Source: Octopus vulgaris
Taxonomy: Eukaryota
Direction of reading: 5' to 3'
DNA length: 64,000 nt
NCBI GenBank assembly: GCA_951406725.2
Contig: OX597833.1
Coordinates: 6,882,001-6,946,000, forward strand
Shown: positions 1-13,075 of the stretch, piece after piece
Position numbering within the stretch: position 1 is the first letter of the stretch
How the letters are laid out: each line of letters opens with the position of its first letter
Program-made: the position numbers and the translations under genes
The notes under the pieces: model-generated
The model's database searches: none
Seen by the model: only the letters and a program-made list of their open reading frames with translations
What the model was told of the DNA's origin: nothing

Positions 1-32
1 TGCTGCTGATGATGATGATGATGATGATGATG

Positions 33-102
<70 letters not shown>

Positions 103-119
103 CGCTGCTGCTGCTGCTG

Positions 120-175
<56 letters not shown>

Positions 176-206
176 GCTGCTACTACTACTACTACTACTA
201 CTATTA

Positions 207-238
<32 letters not shown>
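1..238. repeat. Compound trinucleotide microsatellite (TGA/CTA/CTG/TTA)
   Basis: Direct reading; explains the poly-M/poly-L ORF 9..422. Confidence 0.97.
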
Positions 239-240
<2 letters not shown>

Positions 241-269
241 TTCACCTGACATTGGTGGGTCCCGGATCA

Positions 270-362
270 TACCAGAAGGGACTTGCCCAATGTGCCGCAC
301 CGTGGAATCGAACACAAAGGCCACATGTTTGCAAAGCAAATTTCTTAACCCCACAGCCACGT
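270..362 (-). mobile_element. SINE family B, decayed head fragment
   Basis: GACTTGCCCAA...CTTAACCCCACAGCCAC matches the reverse complement of the family B head at 5290 and 19250. Confidence 0.75.
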
Positions 363-580
363 CTGCTTTTCAGAGACCGTTTTCTATCCCGTTCCGATCA
401 CATTAAATCTTATAACCACTAAAATCTGTGTAATAAATACCTTCCAATATGTTTTCGATAAACTTTATTTTCATTAATTTCGGGATTTATAACCTGTTAT
501 AAATCTCTCGGGGATTGAATATTCTGTAATTGAAAACACACTTTTTTCTGTGGAATATGCAGTAAAGCATTTCAGAGCTG

Positions 581-967
581 TGGGGGCGCAATGGCCCGGT
601 GGTTAGGGCAGCGGACTCGCGGTCGTAGGATCGCGGTTTCTATTCCCAGACCGGGCGTTGTGAGTGTTTACTGAGCGAAAACACCTAAAAGCTCCAAGAG
701 GCTCCGGCAGGGGGTGGTGGTGATCCCTGCTGTATTCTTTCACCACAACTTTCTCTCACTCTTACTTCCTGTTTCTGTTGTACCTGTATTTCAAGGGGCC
801 GGCCTTGTCACTCTCTGTGTCACGCTGAATATCCCCGAGAACTGCGTTAAGGGTACACGTGTCTGTGGAGTTCTCAGCCACTTACACGTTAATTTCACGA
901 GCAGGCTGTTCCGTTGATCGGATCAACCGGAACCCTCGTCGTCGTAACCGACGGAGTGCTTCCATCC
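581..967 (+). mobile_element. SINE family A, full-length, tRNA-derived, with TSD
   Basis: A-box-like TGGCCCGGTGG and B-box-like GGTTTCTATTCC; near-identical to 14284-14664; direct repeat AAAGCATTTCAGAGCTGTGG at 564-583 and 968-987. Confidence 0.93.
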
Positions 968-983
968 AAAGCATTTCAGAGCT

Positions 984-1125
984 GTGGAGGCGCGTGGCTT
1001 AGTGGCTAAATCATTCGGCTCATGATCGCATCGACATGAGTTTCATTCCCAGCAACGTATTGTATCCTTGAGCAAAACACTTTATTTCACGCTGCTCCGG
1101 TCCACTCAGCTGGCAAAAATGAGTT
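984..1125 (+). mobile_element. SINE family E (tRNA head plus CCTTGAGCAA..CAC domain), decayed
   Basis: GGAGGCGCGTGGCTTAGTGG head; TCCTTGAGCAAAACACTTTATTTCACG..GCTCC..TCCACTCAGCTG shared with 32750-32925, 55045-55186 and 62272-62370. Confidence 0.8.
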
Positions 1126-1599
1126 TATAACTCTTTCTCTGGCTTTTCTGTCATTATTATAATGGGTTCTGTCCCTCTCGATGTTGGCTGGTCTCATATC
1201 TTTACCACTTAGGCAACTCCGAAATCCTCGCCTCTCGACCTATCGCAGTACTTGTTACGCCCAACTCTCATCTGCCGCGCTTTAACCACTTACTCCAGTC
1301 CTTCTGCTACAAAACAATACACCACTGGTATCTTCTTTCTGTTCATGTCGTACCTACTTACCTATGCTAACCTTCAACAGTTTAAACATAACGTTAACAG
1401 CACCAACATCACTGGTTTCAGAAAGGTTATAGACACAGCTCCTTCCCCCAGACTGAGAAAAAAAGAACAAAAAAACAACTAAAGCAGTCGAAACACATAA
1501 AAAAATCTTGTTTCAATAAACAATAGAACAGAACGTTTCTGCCATTTGATGATCGAACACAAGTCTCTGACAAATCGGTGTTAATAGTATTTATTCAGA

Positions 1600-2240
1600 G
1601 ATTTAATTTTGCTAATTTTTGAACAAACAAAACAACTAACTTCAGGAAACAGCAAACATGGAAGAATTTATTGGTGAAGACATTTGCAAAGACGTGGATA
1701 AAACAATTGATAAAATAGAATCTGGTTTGGAAATGCCTGAAGTATGTTACAACATCTGGCAGGAAAATATGAGTGAGGAAGAAAAGTGGTTTATTGGGCA
1801 AATGTTCGAAGTGTTTGATGGTATGAGACGTATAAAACGTAAAATGATTCACAACATCAACCATGAAGAAGGCAGCCATTTTGGATCTATCGTGTGCGAC
1901 AAAAGCAGTTCTGTTAATACGATTCGATCACGTGAACTCAATCACCGCAAGTTCCGATCATTTTTAGAAGAAACAAATGTTGGTTATAACGATTTGCCAT
2001 TTCCATACACCAGCAACATGGTTTAGCAGTACTGTTAAAGTCATCTCACGTTACGTTTTTTGAGCCACAGAAAAAGGCTAACATTTTGTTCAAGGAGAAA
2101 ATTTTGTGCTCGTCTGCTATTTGCAAACGGCGAAGGGTTGAGGAAAATGGCGTTCACAGTTAAATCAATGACTTATCTTAACTAACTCAATCTTAGTTTA
2201 TGAGACAAGTCTGAGTTTATTTACAGCATGTTGAAGAAAA
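1600..2240 (+). pseudogene. Decayed hAT (SPIN/Charlie, GTF2IRD2/EPM2AIP1-like) transposase
   Basis: ORF 1658-2026 contains GEDICKDV and VNTIRSRELNHRKFRSFLEE...YNDL; after a frameshift HTPATWFSS..KVISR (cf. HTEVRWLSRGKVL); further on LN*LNL. Multiple frameshifts and stops. Confidence 0.85.
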
Positions 2241-2659
2241 TAGCACCAGTGGCTAAGTAATGATGCATCTTAACGAGTTTAATCATAAATTACGAGATGG
2301 TTTTGAGTTTATTTAAGGCATGTAATCTACAGTAAAAGATTTTCGACCAAGACTGATTCTTTTTCGCTCCCAGATAATGGTAAATAATTTCAACTTCTTT
2401 CTTTTGCACTGAAAAATACGATCAAGAAATACATTTCTTCATTTACTTTAAAATTTCTAAATTATATTCTCACGGGCTGGAATTTAGTTGTCGAGGGCCA
2501 TACAAGTCTCTAGAATTCCTTTTTACTGCATTGTTGCAGATCTTCCATCAGATCTTTAGTTGGAAGATGTCCTTCTACATTCGAATGACATTCAAAGACA
2601 AGCAGGGAACTTTGAATTTTGTAAATACTTCCAAGAAGAAGTTACCACTGCTGCTGGTA

Positions 2660-2880
2660 ATGAGGATGAGAACGACGACGATGACGATGATGATGACGTT
2701 GCTGCTGCTGCTGATGATGATGATGACTTCTGCAATCGCCGCTACCACCATCACCACCACCACCACCACTACTATTACTACTACTACTACTACTATCAAT
2801 GATGTAACCGCTGCCGCAGGGCGCGCGACTGAATAACTGTTCCCGACTTGCTTTTTATAAGTGAATAGAGAATAATAAAT

Positions 2881-2941
<61 letters not shown>

Positions 2942-3314
2942 TGTACATATATATATGTATGTATGTATATATATATATGTGTATATACATACATATATAC
3001 ATATAAATATATACATGCATATATATATACATAGATACGTGCATGCATAAATATGTATATATATATACACACACACACACATGTCTGTGTGTGTGTGTGT
3101 ACAAATGCCTGTATGTATAGAGAGATATAGATAGATGTATCTTTCTCTCTCTATCTGTCTATCTCTCCCTCTTTCTTTCTCTCTTTCTCTCTCCATGTGT
3201 ATATAAATGTATATATATGTATGCGTGTATGTAAGCACACAAGAATGTACGTATATACAAACTTGTATATGTAAGTGGAGTATGTATGCGTGTATGTGTG
3301 TTTGTATGTGAGTG

Positions 3315-3389
<75 letters not shown>

Positions 3390-3390
3390 T
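2660..3390. repeat. Microsatellite cluster (GAT/CAC/CTA, TA, CT, TG)
   Basis: Direct reading. Confidence 0.95.
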
Positions 3391-3973
3391 TTCAGTAACT
3401 AAACTTCTTTACTGAAAACTAAAAATCTTCCCCTCCCTCCCCATCTCCCTCCTGCTCTTTTCCTCTCTCCCTCCCTCCCTCTCTCTCCCCCTCTCTCTCT
3501 CTCTCTCCTTCGCTGACATTGCCTGTCATCCATAGAGCGTTCGATCTCACAATCATCAAGAACTGATAAATATTTTTAAAGATATTTCGATATCTTTTTT
3601 AATATTCAGTAAAAGAAGGCAAAAGACATGAATTTGGTTCTCAGCAAAGAATTTCTTCACCATTCTTAAATCCGTTGCAATTATTGTTGGTGTTGTTGTT
3701 GCTGTTGTTCTTGATATTTTCTTTGTTGATGTTGTTATTGTTGCTGTTGTTATTGCGGTTGTTGTCTTATCAAATATTTCGGTAAGAATTCTAAAAGTGT
3801 CGACTCTTTTACAAGAAGCACATGGAAGCAGAAACGGCCGCCTCCATAGAAACCTTCAATTCTTTAGCATCAAACATAGATGAATTGAATGGCAACGTAT
3901 CTCGTCTTGTGGTAACAGAGATATCCTTATATACACCCACACACAACCACACACACACACACACAAACACACA

Positions 3974-4015
<42 letters not shown>

Positions 4016-4438
4016 CTCTCTCTCACGCGCAGCAGGATTCTAAGAACTGCAGGAATACTGCGTTTGGTCTGAGGAAAACACAATTGAAATAAGTGGCATT
4101 ATTTCTTGTTTGGATGTCTGATCAAAGAGTGCCAACATAAATAATCTTTGGCTCACACAAAAGTTTAGGAAAGAGGTTCGGTAGGGGACAGGGCGTACCC
4201 CGGATGTTCATAGGAACAATAAATGAAACATAAAAAAACATCCCTAAAAAAAAATCTCCTAAATCTTGTAAAATGGCTGGTTGGCTGTGATATAACATGA
4301 AACAAGATATGTGTGTAGAGATGTGCGGATGTATGCGTTCGCGAAGAACGGACAGATTTCAGCATGTTCAGCTGGAGTGAAATGGCACTCATTGATAACA
4401 TTAACAAGCTTCGACAGAAGAATAAATAGTAATTATCT

Positions 4439-4863
4439 TTTACTTGTTTCAGGCATGAGACTGCGGCCATGCTGGGGCACCTCCTTGAAAAATTTTAGTC
4501 GAATGAATGGACTCCAATACTTATTATTATAGTTGCTGCTGTTGTTGATGTTGTTGTTGTTGATTTTGTAAAGCCTGGTACTTGTTCTATCGGTCTCTTT
4601 TCTTGAACCGCTAAGTTACGCACCAACACCGGTCGTCAAGCGATCGTGGTGGGGAGGGACAAACACAGACACAAAGACACACACACACATACACACATAT
4701 GACGGGCTTCTTTCAATTTCTATCTGCCATATCCACTCACAAAGCTTTGGTCAGCCCGAGGCAATGGTAGAAGACACTTGCCCAAGGTGTCACACAGTGG
4801 GCCTGAACTCGGAACCGTGTGGTTGGGAAGCAAACTTCTTACCACACAGCCACAACTGCGCCT
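4439..4863 (-). mobile_element. SINE family B, full-length
   Basis: Reverse complement of 5290-5727: tail TTTTACTTGTTTCAG..GACTGCGGCCATGCTGG, internal (CA)n, head ending CACAGCCAC..TGCGCCT. Confidence 0.9.
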
Positions 4864-5289
4864 ACAGCACTTTTTCTTTAATTATATTTTTTAATTAAAG
4901 TCAGGTTACATCCTTTATTAACTCCTGACATAAACCAAGTGGGGGAAAACCTTTATAAATAAATATTCCCTTATTATAACTCTTACTTTTTAGCTTCCAT
5001 GTGACGCATTCAGTAAAGAAAAGCTTTCTTTGTGACCTTCTTGCGCGACTGCCAGATGAGCTGAACATCTGAACGTCGACCAATCATTTTGTAGGCTAAT
5101 GGATGATAGCCTTCTGAGCCACATTCTTTCCTTAAAAACAAATAATTACTACAACGATGACCAGAAACGACACAATTCAAGACACGGCGCGAAAAACTGT
5201 ACGCTTTTGAAAATTTAATATGAAACCAGCCAAGTGTATTTCTAAATTTTTATTTATAATTAAATTCTAATTAATTCGAATATAAATAT

Positions 5290-5460
5290 AGGCGCGGGGT
5301 GGCTGTGTTGTAAGTAGCTTGCTTACCAACAACATGGCTTCGGGTTCAGTCCCGCTGCGTGGCACCTTGGGCAAGTGTCTTCTACTATAGCTTCGGGCCG
5401 ACCAAAGCCTTGTGAGTGGATTTGGTAGACGGAAACTGAAAGAATCCCGTCGTATATATG

Positions 5461-5520
<60 letters not shown>

Positions 5521-5727
5521 TGTGTGTGTGTGTGTGTATTTGCCCCCCCCCCCAACATTGCTTGACAGCCGATGGTGGTGTCTTTACGTCCCCGTAACTT
5601 AGAGACCGATATAATAAGTTCTAGGCTTACAAAGAATAAGTCCTGGGGTCGATTCGGTCGACTAAAGGCGGTGCTCCAGCATGGCCACAGTCAAATGACT
5701 GAAACAAGTAAAAGAGTAAAAGAGTAT
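5290..5727 (+). mobile_element. SINE family B, full-length, with internal (TA)n(TG)n microsatellite
   Basis: A-box TGGCTGTGTTG, B-box GGTTCAGTCC, CORE-like CCTTGGGCAAGT, tail GGTGCTCCAGCATGGCC..CAGTCAAATGACTGAAAC and (GTAAAAGA)n end. Confidence 0.93.
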
Positions 5728-6381
5728 TACGTGTGCAATTTCGCCTTCATGTCTTACAAATATATTCAACAGTAAGCCGTTGATGTGGTACACTTTCCTA
5801 CCAAATATTTTCGAATGTTTAAATCAACATTCCACCCCCTTCCCTGTGTTGTGTTGTAACTATATGAACCAGGCAGGAAGAGACTAGATCGTTATCAACT
5901 TGAGTTGCGTATTATTTAAAGAATCCCCAAAACTAATTGTTGATATTTCGAATACATTTACTACGTACGTTTCACGTGGTTACGTTACATGTTGTTACGC
6001 AGATTCTGTAATATACGTCTAGCCTCGTTTGCCACAGATGTTTGGTTTCAGAAAACACTGTTAAATGAATCAGTGATAAATGTTTAATATGATTTCTCTT
6101 CATCGGTGACATGTTGATGGGTAGGTGTACGTAAAACTTTATAAGAAATATGCAAACTTGCAGCACAATAAATGCAAATTTACATTCAGAGCATTCTCGA
6201 TAGCCGAGCATTGTGAATTGTCGCTGGTTTGTGCCGATCCGTGTTATCACAGATCTATCCGTGCTAAGCGTAACATGATTCACAATTGAGTGTACTTCGT
6301 TAATGGGGATTTCTATGTGTATATATACATATATGTCTATATATGTCTATGTATGTATAATACATATATACATACATATAT

Positions 6382-6419
<38 letters not shown>

Positions 6420-6421
<2 letters not shown>

Positions 6422-7117
6422 CAATTAACCTGAAGATTGACTGTAACCATAACTCGAATTATTACGAATTGTACAGCCATGAAACGATCGTAGTGTTTAC
6501 TCTTATTTTTTATTAAACTTTTAAAACTTTTGATATATATTTAAAATAATATAAATTAATTAATTTTATGTATTGGCTTATGTTTTTCATTGTTTGATTT
6601 GCCTAATAGTGGTTTTATCTCTAATTTAATATAATATAATATAATATATTTTACTATAAAATTGATTTATTCCCTAATATTTTATTATATATATATATAT
6701 ATATAATAGATTTAATCCGGAAAATAATAAATCTGATTTTTCGCCCTATTTGTAGAGTTTGGATTGCCCTTTTATTAGCAGCCAGTAGGTGTCCTAATAT
6801 TTTACCTAGTTTCGGTGGAATACATCCACTTGTTTTCAATAATAGAAATATTAAAATAACTAATAAAGAGAACAGCGGCAGCGTTCCCGGAAAATAATAG
6901 TTATCGCCATACTAATATGGCATTCTTATAAAATAAGAAAAAGCTGTCCGCTTATTAGCTGCCGGTCAAGTAGTGTGGAGCGACTGACCTCCCTTGTTCG
7001 AAGGTTATATGGATACAGTTTGTGTATCAAATAGCTAACTTAAGGCGATGGCCTCATGGAGCTAATAAGCGGACAGCTTTTTCTTATTTTTATAAGAATG
7101 CCATATTAGTATGGCGA

Positions 7118-7124
<7 letters not shown>
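6420..7124. mobile_element. Penelope-like (pLTR-type) fragment in (TA)n, with inverted duplication
   Basis: Flanked by (TA)n on both sides; carries the hammerhead motif; inverted repeat 6897-6960 / 7060-7124 with one indel. Confidence 0.55.
6427..6495 (+). ncRNA. Type I hammerhead-ribozyme-like motif
   Basis: CTGAAGA (6430-6436), stem II TGACTGTA/TACAGCCA (7 of 8 pairs), GAAA, palindromic stem III ACGATCGT, GUA cleavage triplet; weak stem I and a T.T closing mismatch. Confidence 0.6.
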
Positions 7125-7162
<38 letters not shown>

Positions 7163-7164
<2 letters not shown>

Positions 7165-7440
7165 AACATTCTGGAAATAGGGAAAAAACTTTAAAATTAG
7201 GGCTATACCAGGTGAACATCAATGCTTAGTACTGAGTGTTCGGTGTCCCTATCTATAGTTAAGACTCCACACAGCCACAGTTTAGAAGATAAAGACCCTC
7301 GAATTTTCAATATTCTACCGAAAGTCTTGAAGAGTTCTACAGATTGCATGTAAATGTTTCCAAGAAACACCTGACCGTTCTATTATCAGAGATCTCAGAT
7401 GAACCGACAAAAACAGCTAGAAATGCAAATGAGGGCAGTG
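7163..7440 (+). mobile_element. Decayed CR1-group LINE ORF2 C-terminal fragment
   Basis: Translates to DPRIFNILPK...HVNVSKKHL..LLSEISDEP, similar to GPVLFNIVPR..FKQSLDRFLQRIPDKP of the 27104 ORF. Confidence 0.7.
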
Positions 7441-7445
7441 GTACC

Positions 7446-7494
<49 letters not shown>

Positions 7495-8258
7495 ATACAC
7501 ACACACACAACCACACACAGAGACACTCACACACACACAGACACACACACAACCACACACAGAGACACTCACACACACACAGACACACACACACACACAC
7601 ACAGACACACACAGACAGACACACACACACAGATACACACATACACACACATACACACACACACACACACACACATACACACATACACACACATAAATAT
7701 TTATGAACATATGCTTATAAGTATACGTATCATATATCTGTATGTGACTCTGTGTGTGTGTGTGTGTGTGTGTGGTTGAATGTCTGTGTGTCCCATCAAG
7801 TGAAAAACCATTATCATATATTTAATCTATAAATTTCGTTATAGTTTCTTGTCCTTGCTGACACACTGATATGCGTTTATATACACTCACACATACACAC
7901 CCTCGCGTTTGAATAAAAGCACCAATCATTTAAACAGGATCAGCATGTGTTTATTCGAGTATATATATTCATAACCATATACATACCTACATGTATACAT
8001 GTATACAGATACAAACATGCATATATAAACATATATACACGAGCATATTCATAGATATGGATTACACACGCATGCCCACAGAAGTACGCCCAAATTCCCT
8101 TCACACTTACACACGAAGATAAGCCTTGTCAACTAGATCTATTCCCAGTCCCCTCTTCTTGGACCCGACTTTATCTTAAACTATTTTCCCTTCAGCTGTC
8201 TTCGACAACAACAACAACAGCAACAATGACAACAGCAAATATATACATATATATATAC

Positions 8259-8336
<78 letters not shown>

Positions 8337-8741
8337 ACAAATAGCTGGTCGTTATCTTTATCAATCGTGATAAAGTCCCGACTGACCCCTATATCACACG
8401 ATGTGGGTCTCTCCCCTGCCTGACACAAAGATACAGAGCAGCATTAAGTGGTGGGGGACGGAGATTTAAGCTCGTGCCGCAACAGATTGTCAAACCATCG
8501 CTGCTACTGTACAAGATTTTCCAAGAATTATTTCCCCATCGCTAAAAAAAACACGACATGAACGCGTTTTGATAAATTTTTCCTATACAAAGAGACCCAA
8601 ACGTATGGCCGAGCGGTTAAGAAATCCCCTGCAAAACCACCAGGCTTCGGGGTCAGTCTCTCTGCATGGCATCTTGGAAGATGGTCGTCTTTTATAGCCT
8701 TCAGAGTGAATTTTGATTAACGGTATATGTATAGAACCTTG

Positions 8742-8977
8742 AAGGCGGCGAGCTGGCAGAAACGTTAGCACGCTGGACGAAATGCGTAGCCGTATTTCGT
8801 CAGCCGCTACGTTCTGAGTTCAAATTCCGCCGAGGTCGACTTTGCCTTTCATCCTTTCGAGGTCGATTAAATAAGTACCAGTTACGCACTGGGGTCGATA
8901 TAATCGACTTGATCCGTTTGTCTGTCCTTGTTTGTCCCCTCTGTGTGTAGCCCCTTGTGGGTAATAAAGAAATAGGT
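8742..8977 (+). mobile_element. SINE family C (tail type 1) with 13-bp TSD, nested in an old family B copy
   Basis: GGCGGCGAGCTGGCAGAA head, B-box GAGTTCAAATTCC, GCCTTTCATCCTTTCGAGGTCGA domain; TSD ATGTATAGAACCT at 8727-8739 and 8980-8992. Confidence 0.93.
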
Positions 8978-8994
8978 AAATGTATAGAACCTGT

Positions 8995-9025
<31 letters not shown>

Positions 9026-9026
9026 T

Positions 9027-9403
9027 TCTTTTACTTGTTTCAGTCATTGGACTGCGGCCATAATGGGGCACCGCCTTGAAGAATTTTCAGTTCTTAAATG
9101 CCTAGTACTTCTTCTATCTGACTCTTTTGCTGAACCGCTAAGTTACGGGGACGTAAAAACACCAGCCCAGGTTGTCAAGCGTTAGTGGGGGGACAAGCTC
9201 ACACACACACACATTCACACACACATACACACACACACACACACATATATACATGCATATATACAATAGGCTTCTTTCAGTTTCCGTCATTCAAATCCAT
9301 TCACAACGCTTTGATCGGCCCAAGATATTTCCCAAGGTTCCACGCAGTGGGACGGAACCCGGTGCCATGTGGTTGGGGAGCAAGCTTCTTACCACACAGC
9401 CAC
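9027..9403 (-). mobile_element. SINE family B
   Basis: Tail, internal (CA)n and head match other B copies. Confidence 0.88.
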
Positions 9404-9409
9404 AACCAT

Positions 9410-9744
9410 GTGTGGTTGAGTGGTAAGAGGTTTGCTTCTCAACCACTTGTTTACACATTCAGTCCCGCTGCGGCCCACCTGGAGCAAGTGTCTTCTGCTA
9501 CAGACCCGAGTCAACCAAAGATTTGTGAACGGATTTCAATGACGAAAACTGAAAGAAGCCCATCGTGTGTATGTGTGTGTGTAGGCAGAGGAGTGGGTGT
9601 GTGATAAGAAGTTTACTTCCCAACCACATGGTTCAGGTTTCAGTCCCACTGTGTGGCACCTTGGGCAAGTGTCTTCTACTATAGCTTCGGGCCGACCAAA
9701 GCCTTGGGAGTGGATTTGGTAGACGGACACTGAAAAAAGCCCGT

Positions 9745-9775
<31 letters not shown>

Positions 9776-9965
9776 ATTTGTGTCTGTGATTGTCCCTCCA
9801 CCATCGCTTGATAACCGATGTTGGTGTGTTTACGTCCCCGTAACTTAGCGGTTCAGAAAAGAGACCAATAGAGTAAGTATTGGGCTTACAAGAATATGTC
9901 CTAGGGTCGATTAGTTCGACTAAAGGTGCTGCTCCAGCGTGGCCGCAGTCAACTGACTGAAATGT
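9410..9965 (+). mobile_element. Two tandem family B SINEs (head-only 9410-9570, full 9582-9965)
   Basis: Repeated GGTAAGAGGTTTGCTT / GATAAGAAGTTTACTTCCCAACCACATGG heads; tail at 9920-9962. Confidence 0.88.
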
Positions 9966-9991
9966 GTATAAGAGAATGTATGTATGGCACC

Positions 9992-10300
9992 CCGTCGATT
10001 GCGATGACTAGGTTTCCAGCTGATTCGATCAACGGAACAGCCTGCTCGTGAAAGTGGCTGAGCACTCCACAGACACGTGTAACCTTGGTGTAGTTTTCGG
10101 GGACATTCAGAAACAGGAAGAAAGAGTGAGAGAAAATTTGTGGTGAAAGAGTACAGCAGAGTTTGCCACAGACCCCTGTCGGGGTCACGTGGTGACTTAG
10201 GTGTTTTCACTCAATAAACACTCACAACGCCCGGTCTGGGAATTGAAATCACGATCCTACGACCGCGAGTCCGCTGCTCTAACCACTGGGCCACTGCGAC
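9992..10300 (-). mobile_element. SINE family A
   Basis: Reverse complement of 581-967 with internal deletions. Confidence 0.9.
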
Positions 10301-10306
10301 TCACCA

Positions 10307-10665
<359 letters not shown>

Positions 10666-10748
10666 TCTTTTTGATTAAAACTCTCCAGGGCAGTGGCCCA
10701 GCATGACCGCAGTCCAATAACTGAAGCAAGTAAGAGATACAAGATAAA

Positions 10749-10797
<49 letters not shown>

Positions 10798-11005
10798 CGT
10801 GTTTCGAGTCAGTTAAGATATGTTTGTAACATATTTCAACTTTTTGAAAGCAAAATTCGCAGCGAGAGAATATTTCTCTCCACGTCGACTGCAGCGACTT
10901 TGCCTTTAGAAGTTGAAACATGTCACAAAGACATTCTAACTAACCTAAAGTTAGCATATGCCTAAACGCCGCATGGCGCTGATACTGCAACATATATATA
11001 TATTC

Positions 11006-11063
<58 letters not shown>

Positions 11064-11067
<4 letters not shown>

Positions 11068-11368
11068 AGGCGCAATGGCCCAGTGGTTAGAGCAGCGGAC
11101 TCGCGGTCGGAGGATCGCGGTTTCGATTCCCAGACCAAACGTTGTGTGTGTTTATTGAGCGAAAACACCTAAAAGCTCCACGAGGCTCCGGCAGGGGGTG
11201 ATGGTTATTCCTTGCTGTACTCTTTCGCCACAACTTTCTTTCACTCTTTCTTCTGTTGGCCTGCTCGCTTAGCCAGCGGGGTGGCGTCATTTGAAGGCTA
11301 AAACAATGCGAAGCGCATTGTGACCAGCGATGTGTAACAACATCTGACAGCCTGGTCGGTCACGTGAA
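11064..11368 (+). mobile_element. SINE family A head with an alternative 3' tail (A2)
   Basis: Near-identical to A up to CACAACTTTCTTTCACTCTT, then unrelated GGCCTGCTCGCTTAGCCAGCGGGG...GGTCACGTGA. Confidence 0.85.
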
Positions 11369-11580
11369 ACAATTTTAGAATAATGGTCTGGGGTGAATTC
11401 GGCTTACATCTGTTTCCAGTAGTCATTATAGGTACATTACTGATAGGTTTACTCAATTGGTCGGCTGAGAATAATTGAATTAGATACCGAATGGCCAAAA
11501 GGGGCCACCTGAGTGAAACTGGAATCAAAGGAGTCCAGAGGTAAAATGAAAAATACAATGGTCGAAAACCACTACTGAAG

Positions 11581-11801
11581 ATAATCTTTTCTACTCTAGG
11601 CACAAGGCCCGAAATTCTGGGGAAAGAGCAGCCAGTCGATTAGATAGACTTCAGTGCGTAACTGGTACTTAATTTATCGACTCTGAAAGGATGAAAGGCA
11701 AAGTCGACCTCGGCAGAATTTGAACTCAGAACATAAAGACGGATGAAATACTGCTAAGCATTTCGCCCGGCGTGCTAACGATTCTGCCAACTCGCCGCCT
11801 T
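11581..11801 (-). mobile_element. SINE family C (tail type 2)
   Basis: C head and core; tail reads GGCCTTGTGCCTAGAGTAGAAAAGATTAT on the minus strand. Confidence 0.9.
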
Positions 11802-11936
11802 CCACTGCTGACGATAATGCACAATCGAACATGCAGCGAGGACTTGTATGGAGTACAGAGTGACGGTCTCGACATAGTGTACTCTCTGTCTCTTTCTCCC
11901 TCTGTCTTTCCCTTTCTCCCTCTCTCTCTCTCTCTC

Positions 11937-12001
<65 letters not shown>

Positions 12002-12179
12002 CAAACCGCGCATCTCTGCTTAGTTTATTCTGACAGATCAACTTGACTTTACTCGGGTTCACTCTCTCCCTCTCTACCTCCCTTTCGCCCTCTCCCTCTC
12101 CCTCTCTCCATCCCTTTCTTTCTCTCTCTCTCTCTCCCCCTCTCTCCCTCTCTCTCTCCTCTGTCCAGTCCTTGTTTGT

Positions 12180-12560
12180 CCACAAATTCTGTTGTTGGTC
12201 ACAGTAGAACCAAACGAGGTGGACACAGAATGTCACAGCTGCTGTTCCGCGGCACATGCTGTTGGTGACGACGGCATGTCTCCCAGCTGGGGCGTCAGTG
12301 TACAGTATCTTCAGGGGTACAGAAAGGGAGGGGACAGAACACGGTACGTCTAAGGCCGTCACCCGGGATCCCAAAGGAATACGATCAGTGGATGTCGGAG
12401 GATGGTCAGTTAGGGTCGTCAGCTGGACTCACAGACAAACGGACATGATGTAGCTGGGGAGATGGCGATGTGGGTTGCAACTCATTGTTCGGTCGATAAC
12501 TTGGATGCTCTAGGGCGACTGGACCGGCGCTGACCAAGGGCTACACAAAAACATCAACAA
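12180..12560 (+). mobile_element. Probable decayed RTE-like LINE 3' end
   Basis: GC-rich, coding-like block with ACLPAGASVYSIFRG and a decayed RP.GRP-like stretch, ending in a (CAA)-rich tail; recognised by eye only. Confidence 0.4.
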
Positions 12561-12639
12561 CATCAACAACAGCGTCTTCATGATAAATAGTAATTAAGCA
12601 TTCCAAATCAAATATCTACATTATTCCAGCTACGGTGTC

Positions 12640-13075
12640 ATCAGCACTACCACCACCACCACCACCACCACCACCACCACCTCTACCTCTACCACCCCCA
12701 CCGCTCACCACCACCACAAAGACAACTATAGCCACCCCCACCATAACCACCACCATCACTACTACCACCACCACTACCTCTACCATCTCCATTGCCACCA
12801 CCACCACCACCACCACCACCACCATCACCACCACCACTACCTCTATCACCCCCACCGCTCACCCCCACCACAAAGACAACTATAGCCACCCCCACCACAA
12901 CCACCACCACCATCATCACCATCACTACCACCACCACCACCACAGATACCACGTTAAAACAGCCACTACTAACACCACCAAAATCACTACTACCACCATC
13001 ACCATCACAACCATCACCACCACCACCGCCACATGCACCAACACTACCACCACCACTGCTACCAACACCACGTCA
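12640..13075. repeat. (CAC)-rich low-complexity tract with internal ~154-bp duplication
   Basis: CCCCCACCGCTCACC..CCACCACAAAGACAACTATAGCCACCCCCACC occurs at ~12695 and ~12849. Confidence 0.9.

Noticed and set aside
581-660. tRNA-like A/B boxes as tRNA genes
   Set aside because: They are heads of multi-copy SINEs that continue into shared bodies and tails; no cloverleaf or terminator
6210-6287. ATTGTGAAT...ATTCACAAT hairpin
   Set aside because: Only 9 contiguous pairs, then asymmetric bulges and a large loop; not miRNA-like
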